A stretch of 56,094 bases of DNA, filler included, from Sphacelaria rigidula (Eukaryota): assembly GCA_964200075.2 (NCBI GenBank). It is 5 parts of 5 records of this genome, joined end to end, with 100 filler letters (N's around TTAATTAATTAA, not from the genome) between each part and the next. Parts side by side here need not be neighbours in the genome. Positions count along the whole stretch, not along the records: positions 44,957 to 56,094 come from CAXNAA020005339.1; 4 more parts are not named here. The stretch is one strand, 5' to 3'. Both the position numbers and the translations under genes were made by a program. Below are positions 48,201 to 56,094 of this stretch, one piece after another; the first letter of the stretch is position 1, and each line of letters begins with the position of its first letter. Under the pieces are notes generated by a model, which made no database searches, was not told the DNA's origin, and saw only the letters and a program-made list of their open reading frames with translations.

Positions 48201-51200
48201 ACGCACGCGCTCATACCTCTGATGAAGATTGACACACGAACTTCTTCTGTTTGGTTAGCTAGAAGTGACCACAAAAAACAGAAAAAGACAGCCCCCCCTG
48301 CCCAAGCCTCAAAAATAGATTTCATGTACCCGCATAAAAACCGAGAGTCACGCCCGCACCTGTTTTTGCATTGTTGCCATGGCCTCTGGATCAGACAAAT
48401 ACTTCAAGGTATCGCCGTACGCTTCCTTCCATTCTGCACTGTTCACGAGTTCATCCACTTCTTTTTTGAACTTCTTGTCCTGCGTGTTTACATAGCATGT
48501 TTACAGAGGGGGGAACAACAACAGCGATAACGACAGAAATGACAGAGACGACGACAGCAAACACACACACACACACGACGTTTCAAAGAACGCGCGACAA
48601 AAATGGCCGATGGCGAGTGATCTGTCACCCGGAGGATAACTTGCAATGCAGCACGCACGAGCTGCGTGTGAACGAACTTGACCTTCGGGGTTTGTTGTTG
48701 AACAATCTCATATACAAATATATGTACTCATACACACGAAGAGGAATTTTCAACGAACACAAGTGCAAACTGACGGAAGTGAGCAGCTCGCTCACGCAGA
48801 ATGTTGCGACTAACTCTGTAATTGTCAATAATCAGTCCACCGGAAAATGATTCACATGTTATGATACAACATATTTTCTTCCTTCTTGTTCTCTTGTTCT
48901 GGTGGTAAGTCTCCTTGATCATGTCCAATAGTATGTCGTCTGCGGTGCAAGGCTATTACTGTCCGCACCAGGTTTCTCGGGACCAGTACATGCGCCCTGC
49001 TGGTGTAGTGATCCGACTGTCGCCATTAGGGTGGAGAGAACGAGGGTTCGATTCCCGATGCGGTATTTTTTTTCTTTTCGTAACATCTGATTTCCACAGC
49101 GGAAAGCGTGAGAACGTGAGTAAACAAAGTACAGTAGTCGACTGAATTTGCTTGACGTGAGTTGACGCGGTGCCGGAGTGTTGATAGTCGTAACCCAGTC
49201 CGCGGGACCAACATGCAAGACGTGTACCGGGGGGGATGATCCCATGAGACCACGGGCTCGTCCCGAGGAGGGGGAGAGGTTCAAAGTGCGACAAAAAAAA
49301 AGAGTACAGGGTGTTGATCTGCCATTCTCCGTCGTGAAAAATCTACCCTCTTCTTCTGAATTCTTCCCATTCCTTGTGTATTCTTTACATTCAGGTACAG
49401 CGGCAAAGGTCTGACTTGCGCATGTCTTCGCATCGCCGAGTCTCCTCAAACTCCTCTACCCCCCCCCTCGACTGCAGGACGCGGTTCGCCCATGTTGTTC
49501 GCTGCAGTCACCCGATCCTAAACGCCCTCGACCTCATCTCTTCAGACGGACCATTCGCACAACTCTGCGATCGACCTAACGCACAGCTATACTGAAAAAT
49601 CCGGCTGCTTGAAGCGGAGATGGTGGGAGCTATGTTGTACGGATATGCTACGTGAACGCTGCGTTTCGGGGACTTCGGGGCGTTGCTCACCACAAGCTTT
49701 TTGCTGCGAATGGTTGGATTCAGAAGGAAGGAGAGAAGTGGCTACAAGACTTGTAGCGTTGCAGTTATCGGCAATGAAAGCCGGCCAGCGATTTTGTTCC
49801 GAAAGAAGATCCATCAACCAAGACGTCGAGGAAGGTGAAGCTTACATCAGTTCGGGACTGGCTGCTCAACGAACTGTTCCGACTGTGTTTCATCCAACGC
49901 TTCTCCTGTCGCTTCGACACAGCACCGTCTGGAAAATGGCAAAATTACACACCATGAAAAACGTAGTGGAGAAGAACCATCATCACCAGCCCTTCGACTC
50001 TTCAGTACGCTTGAGACGTTTTGTGTTTTCACTTTCACGTCTAACATCCCCGTGGAGTACACTCCCATTTTGTCGATCCCCCCTGCATTGGTGTATCGAT
50101 ATATACACATAGTGCGATTGTGGACGAAGCAGAACAAACAGTCGATCACTCTCTCACAACAAAAGAAGAAACATAAGAGGAAGAGGAGAATAAGGGAAAG
50201 GGAAAGACACACGGAGCTCGAGGACGCCAGGTGCAGATGTTTTTCACGGCTTTTTTCATTTTCTTCTTTTGGCCAACATCGTGCTTCCGCGATGTTGCTT
50301 GTGACTGGTCTCCAAATATGAACACATGGAGAACGAAGAGCAAGCCCTGTCATCCATCCGCAAGCCCTCATTTAAGGGAAGCGATACCAATTCCAACCCT
50401 TATATTTGAAGAAAAAAGATACCCCAACTATCCATCATCAACAACGTGCCCCCCCTTCTCCTTACAAAGCGGTCACATGTGCGCCCCCTCTACTTGGGAT
50501 CACAGCATTGTTTGTTTGTTTTTCCCCAGTTCGGACCCCTCCTTTCCCTCGGGTCGAGCCCGTAGCCTCGAAAGATAAATCCCTCTCCCTCCGGGTACAC
50601 GCCTTGCATTCTCGTCTCGTGGTTTGGGTCAGTACTCCCGCACCGCGTCACCTCTCTGAAAAAACTCAGTCAACTACTTTTTGGTCACTTGCGTACTCAT
50701 GCTATCGACGGTGGAGATCAGATACTTCCAAGAATTAAAAAAAACGCATCGGGAACCGAAGCCACGTTCTCTCCACCCCACTGGTGACAGGCTAACGGGT
50801 ACTCGCGGCGGCCGAGCCTCCAAAATATTGAAAAAGAAAAACTGTCAAACATAAACCTCCCTGAATCGTATGATCTGCTTGTTGTGTAAATGGACAAGAG
50901 TAGCCGGTCTTCAAACACAGTACAATATTCGAGTACTTCTTGCTACACAAATAGTCACTGGTTTGAAAAACAAAGCAGCGTAAGTACCCGCTGTCGGAAG
51001 CGTGACTCCGACAAGCCCGTCATGATGCCAACTTCTGCTTATCGAAAATATGGACGCACACCTGAGCAATCAATGAAGACAACATGCGCAGACCACCACA
51101 CGTTGTCGTTTGTTGTCCTCACATTCAAAACCGTTCCGATATCTAGTGAGTACTGTACTCTGTACTGGGCATCTAATGCCGACACTTTTCCGTGGTCACA

Positions 51201-52495
51201 GGCTAACTACCCCAAGCTAGGGTAAAAAAATCATAAAGTAAAACCGGACCCGGAAAAAAATCACGCAGATGCGATACGCAAGAAATAAAAGAAACCAAGA
51301 ATTCTGAAAAAAAAAGAGGGAGGAAAAAGGACTACCACACATAAGGGGAAAATTCTCATCCGTGTTTGTCGGGGACAACACTTACAGCTAGCTTCATGAC
51401 AGGAAGGTCATTGAGTCGAACCCCGGCTTCCGTCAAAGCGACTGTTCAAAACAGAGGCACCGCGAAAGCATGCGGGCAACTGCAACTGGTAAAACTTGAG
51501 GGTACCAGAAACTGGTAGGAGACTACTTTTGTAACTAGAGCTCACGAACTTACGGGAAAGTCTTAACGTTGATTTTGCCAAAACTAACCCACGCAGTTGA
51601 CATGTGAACGGAGGTGCTCAACTACCGCTAGCCGGAAAATAAGGTTACTCCTACAAACCTTTGTCGTCTAAGACGTACGACGAGACTGATGAAAGGGGAA
51701 TAACGGGTGATGAGAACACCAGATTGAACGGGAAAATTTCCACAAAATGTCCGTCGAGAAAACTCATCCTTTCACAGATGGGGAATTCTTACTTGTACAT
51801 AGACCGCCTGCTCCACAATACATACGTAAAAGGAGAAAAAAATGAAAAAATACGTGTATTTTTTCTTTACTCAAACTAAGAGTAAACTACAAAAACAAAA
51901 CAAAAATCCGAAGTATCGTACACAGCCATTTTTTTTTCAAATCCCTTCAGCTTTTGGTGCAGTATATTCGAAGCAATTCTAGCCATGACACCACACTCTG
52001 TTTTCATCGTAACGCACCAAAGTATGCTAACGAAGGATAAGTGTCTCACCTTCATGAGCTCCTCCACCTGCTTCATAGTTTCGGGGTCCTTCATATCTTT
52101 CAGCAAATCCTGGATGAGCCCCACGTCACCCGCTTCATCGCCAAACACGACGGCAGCAGTATGGTGACCGCGAGCACCAGAGGGGAAGGAGAGGTACGTT
52201 ATGTTAGACTAGGGTTGGGTACCGCATTCCGGTGATCTAATGGTTCAACTGACACCCTGAGATTGGGAAAAACGTGGGCTCGCTTCTCGCCAGATACCAT
52301 TTCAACCATCACTGCTTCCTGTGCTTTTTTCAACTGAAGCACTTCTGTTTTACCCAAGTGTTCACTCGTCCAACACGGTAATACATCTGAGAAGGCTTCG
52401 AAGCCTACGGGGTCCAACTCACCAGCTTGGCGGAATCCGGCCCGCGCGAGGTCCACAGCCTCCTTGCCCTTCGGCATTTCGGGTGTCTTTTCCTC
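45276..52495 (-). CDS. STI1-like (DP-motif) helical protein, internal exons, partial
   Basis: Exons 52423-52495, 52050-52132, 48360-48479, 45276-45342, phase-consistent: EEKTPEMPKGKEAVDLARAGFRQAAGDVGLIQDLLKDMKDPETMKQVEELMKDKKFKKEVDELVNSAEWKEAYGDTLKYLSDPEAMATMQKQAEEYTNFLAAGPGKDGRMDASM. Met-rich DPE motifs are typical of STI1 domains; the family call is an inference. Confidence 0.7.
46380..46640 (+). mobile_element. SINE-like family 2 body copy
   Basis: CTCCTGTGTGACCCCGGCTGATGCGCCCACAT and GGGGTACTAAAAC match the reverse complement of 11240-11700. Confidence 0.7.
48993..49279 (+). mobile_element. tRNA-derived SINE-like repeat (family 1)
   Basis: A-box-like TGGTGTAGTG, B box GGTTCGATTCCC, and a shared body ending TCCCGAGGAGGGGGAGAGG. 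Confidence 0.8.
50536..50812 (-). mobile_element. tRNA-derived SINE-like repeat (family 1)
   Basis: Reverse-complement copy of 48993-49279. Confidence 0.75.
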
Positions 52496-54170
52496 CTAAT
52501 TGGGACGAAGACACGAGGGGTTGGGAAGTGGACGAGCCACTGAAAAATTGAAGGCCACCGTACAAGGGATTCCAACATTACTTGGGGACAGGTTGGCCTA
52601 CAAGAGAAGCCAAATAATGCGTGCGTTCACGGTATGCCCATGGTGGTGATGGGGGAGGGGGACAGCGTACTCCTTCGTTGCTTTCCTCAGTTGTTTGATC
52701 ATTGACCACGCGTCTCTGCCAAGACGGAGCACCGTTCTTACTCCTGATAGAGATGCTTCCAACCTCTGGGCGCTCATCACGTTTCTTTCATGCATTACAG
52801 ATAACATTTTGCATATTTCATACTCTTGCTCTTCCGCTGTCTGTGGCCATCATTCATCCCCTCGTTTTATGGTGATGGGGGGGTGGGTGCGGGTTGGGGT
52901 GCGAATGGAAGGGTTGGCCTTTGGTTCAACAAATACCCCTGTCTACGGTGTCCGAACAAGACGAGTTTTTTTCAAGTTCTTCATTGATCACCTGCTGACG
53001 TGACACCGACTCGGGACACCAAGAAGAGCAAAAAAAGGGACTTTCCACATCTTCGCGTGTCCGCGTGTGAATTTCAACCTACAACATGTCCGTTGGTGAC
53101 GCCCATGTGTGGATGTTTTCGGCGCGCGTCAGACACAACCTACTGTTCCTCGTTGAATTTTGAACCGATTTGAAATTAGAAGCAAAAAACGACGTGCTTA
53201 TGCTTAGCTGATCAGCAACTACGGCTTGAGGAATACATATTTTGTTCGGGAGGCAGTGGGCGCTGTTCAATGTCTTGTTGCATCAAGCTACGTGTCACAC
53301 CTGCGAATGTGCCACTTGCTGCAAATGACAAAGCCAGGCAGGGTAAGGGCAAGACCACCAGCAGCGGATAATCACACAGTTTCCGTGAGGCTACGAGCAC
53401 AATCTTGGCCTTGAATAATAGCGGGTAGACTTTCCTACTCGAGTGTTAATTTAACGCGCTGTACAAAGTACAGTGCGAGTTTTGCGCAATATTCTGGTCC
53501 CTGTTTTGCAGGCGGTTAGGAAAAATCGGTCGTCTGTTCGTGCGCCGTGATGGGCAGAATTGAGCCGGGATTCTTGGAGGAAGTAGCCATGGCATACCGT
53601 TAAAGTTCAGCATAATCGTGCTTCCATACTTCGTCAAGTCTGCTGAGCGCGCCGTGCACAGTGTTTCCAAGGGGTGGTTAAAAACGTGACACTACACCAG
53701 GCGCAGCAATGTCATCGTCCCGAAAGGCCCAAGAAAGTCCTGGCGCTACCTCGGCTGTGAGAAATCCGTATTTGGCCTCGAAAACACTGTGAGACCTGCG
53801 CACTTCATCTTACAACATGCACAGGTATAAACAATACCTGGGCACTGCCTGGGCTGGGGGCAATCCGTATTTGTGTGGATACTACCACGGGAGGAAAATA
53901 ATCCCACACGTGTCTACGAATGATTCATCGGATTGAACATCGGCAACACCAGCGAGATGATATTGTATGCCTTCTGAGAAGGAGGTCCCCATTTGAAAGG
54001 TTCGAATGCCGGCCTTCACTAACCCGACGGACACATCGTATTTTCACATTTAGCTTGCAAACAACCGTGAGGAATCTGTGTTCAGTCCGATAGAATTGGT
54101 CGGGTCGGATGGGTCGGGAGGGGGTACAGGCTGGGCCAGCTGAGAGTGCTTTTGAAATGTATTTTTGGCA

Positions 54171-54440
54171 ATGCTGTGGGTAATTTGAGGAGTTAGGCAC
54201 TGAAATTTTGACACAACATTTGTATCATCACTACGCACGACATTTCTAGAGGTGCATTCGCAAAAACAAAAACAAAATGAAGTTGGAGCGATTTGAAGTT
54301 TCTGTAAAAACTAGAAAAATGCTTCAACACCGTGAAAATAAAATAAAATACGGATGCACCTCGGGAAATGTTGTGCGCGGTGATAATCAACATGTTGTGT
54401 CAGCATTTCAGCGCCCAACTCTTCGAATTACCCACAGCAT
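54171..54440. mobile_element. MITE-like inverted repeat (~90-bp arms, A-rich centre)
   Basis: ATGCTGTGGGTAATTTGAGGAGTT..GAGGTGCATTCG pairs with CGGATGCACCTC..AACTCTTCGAATTACCCACAGCAT. Confidence 0.7.
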
Positions 54441-55217
54441 CCACTTTTTCTTCTGGCACCCGGTGGTCAAACTGGAAGAACCGCCTCTTATTACAGAGGT
54501 CACGAGTTCAAATCCCGACACGAACATTTTTGTTTTGCGCATAACCTGGCATTTTTGTGTGCATTTTTCCTCACGAGTTGTGAAGGGTTTCGACATTTCG
54601 GTGACGGTCTTGCATCTTGGGGGTGTGTAGTACAGGTTGAGGTAGTACTTCTGCCTCTTACGGTGGTAAGTGACCGTCGTCTGGTAGGTTCTCTCCAATG
54701 ATGGAGCTGTTGACCTTGATGCCATCTTGCAGCACTACTGTACTCGTACGAGTACCAGTCTACTGTACGAGTGCCTGTGCGGCGAAATTCCGTACCGTAA
54801 TTCCACCGCATTTCGTGAAACGAAAGGTCATCAGACACGTTGTCACGCGACGACACGACACATCCCTGGTACTCAATGCAGTACAATAACATCATCGTCA
54901 AAACTTCGCCAATCGACCAGCGGTGGTGCCGTGCATCACCAAGTTGGTCTGCAGTTAACAGCGATATGCTCAAGTCGAACTGATTTGGTCAACTTGACAA
55001 GTTATGGTTGGAGATGCAAATGCGGCACTCTTTGCTGGCCCAGCCTGTATGGTTCCTGAAAGAAAAGATAAAGATACAAACTCTCTTAGGTGTGCGTGAA
55101 TGTGTGCTAGAGAGGAGGAATGACATCATTACAAACGGCAATGATGGCGTGCATAGCTGAGCCTACTTCTGCGTGTGTGTGTGCTCTTCGTATAGGCCCA
55201 TTTTGAATTTCCCAGCC

Positions 55218-55400
55218 GGTTGCCCCGGTGGCTCCGTTGGTAACCTCGAAACTTTCTGACGGTTGGATCGTGTCTAGGTGAAGTAACACAATCTGGGTTT
55301 TGCTCTCACACTGTGCCCAACAGTGCAGAGCGGCCATGTCGTGGTTATACAAAATTAGACGACACGGTCGACGAGGGAAAGGACCGCTGGGACCGTGTCT
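55218..55400 (+). mobile_element. SINE-like family 2 head copy
   Basis: GGTTGCCCCGGTGGCTCCGTTGGTAACCTCG..TTCTGACGGTTG and CGGTCGACGAGGGAAAGG match the reverse complement of 11660-11840. Confidence 0.7.
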
Positions 55401-56094
55401 CATCATTTTAGTTCGACTAGAAAACATGCGGTCGAGTCGAATTGGTTGCTACGAGGCCGTATAAGATACGTCCACGGCATTCATGTTCTCAAATGACTTC
55501 GAGTCCATTTCACAATTAGTTGCGCGCGACGGGCAGGGTCAAAAACAGAAAAGCTTAGCTTTTTTGAGCGCAGCGAGCGGCGGAATGAACGAAGCAGAAC
55601 GTAACTCTCATGTTGCAGACAGCCGTGCCAGATACTACCCTTTCACAGAACTATGCGAAACCCGGATGGTTCATTCGCAGTTATCTACTCAACCTTGCGG
55701 CATAGATCACGAACTGAGCACAGGAATACATCCATCGCAGTGATAGAAACTGACAACACCACTGTTTTGGCATTACGTGTTCCTTTTTGTTGGCGAAAAC
55801 TCGGGCATCTAATTTTGTGGCAAGGTCTACCGATGGAGTTGTGTGTTAGGGTGGGCGATCGAATTGCCAACGCGCTCATGGACAGCAGAGGTGGTGCAAA
55901 ACTACACGTGGTTCAACTCTGCTCCTCCTGTACGCGGAAAGTCAGAAAGCCGTTTTGTCCGTGTGTCGGATGCCTGCTTCTTTTCCACATTACGCCTGCA
56001 TGCTGTGCAAAACACACACTGTGTACGAGCTGGGCCAGCCTAAAAACGGATTTAAGCTCTAAAAGCAATATCTCATCGACACAGACGAGTTGGG

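Noticed and set aside
37770..52495. Joining the STI1-like exons and CLU exons into one minus-strand gene
   Set aside because: They are separated by an artificial spacer between unrelated contigs, even though the phases happen to be compatible.

Overview
Repeat-rich, intron-rich eukaryotic DNA; the gene architecture and repeats suggest a brown alga or other stramenopile (inference). The window is not one locus. Four 100-bp N spacers carrying TTAATTAATTAA split it into five segments of 11139, 11139, 11139, 11139 and 11138 bp, which look like unrelated size-sorted contigs. Segment 1 has candidate orphan exons and the 3' half of a decayed Ty3/Gypsy element (RT-RNaseH-integrase, with a chromo-like plus PWWP/Tudor-like C-terminal extension, PPT and a 209-bp LTR). 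Segment 2 has the last 8 exons of eIF3c (minus strand), two introns of which hold higher-order tandem arrays, plus a convergent candidate orphan gene. Segment 3 has a decayed RTE-like LINE, a second Gypsy remnant, nested non-autonomous DNA transposons and a palindromic 41-bp satellite. Segment 4 has exons of a CLU-domain gene with a polyQ/acidic insert and a foldback MITE. Segment 5 has exons of an STI1-like (DP-motif) gene and several SINE/MITE copies. No rRNA, intact tRNA or CRISPR was found. Exon boundaries were read by hand from GT-AG sites and phase consistency; all domain names come from motif recognition, not database searches.
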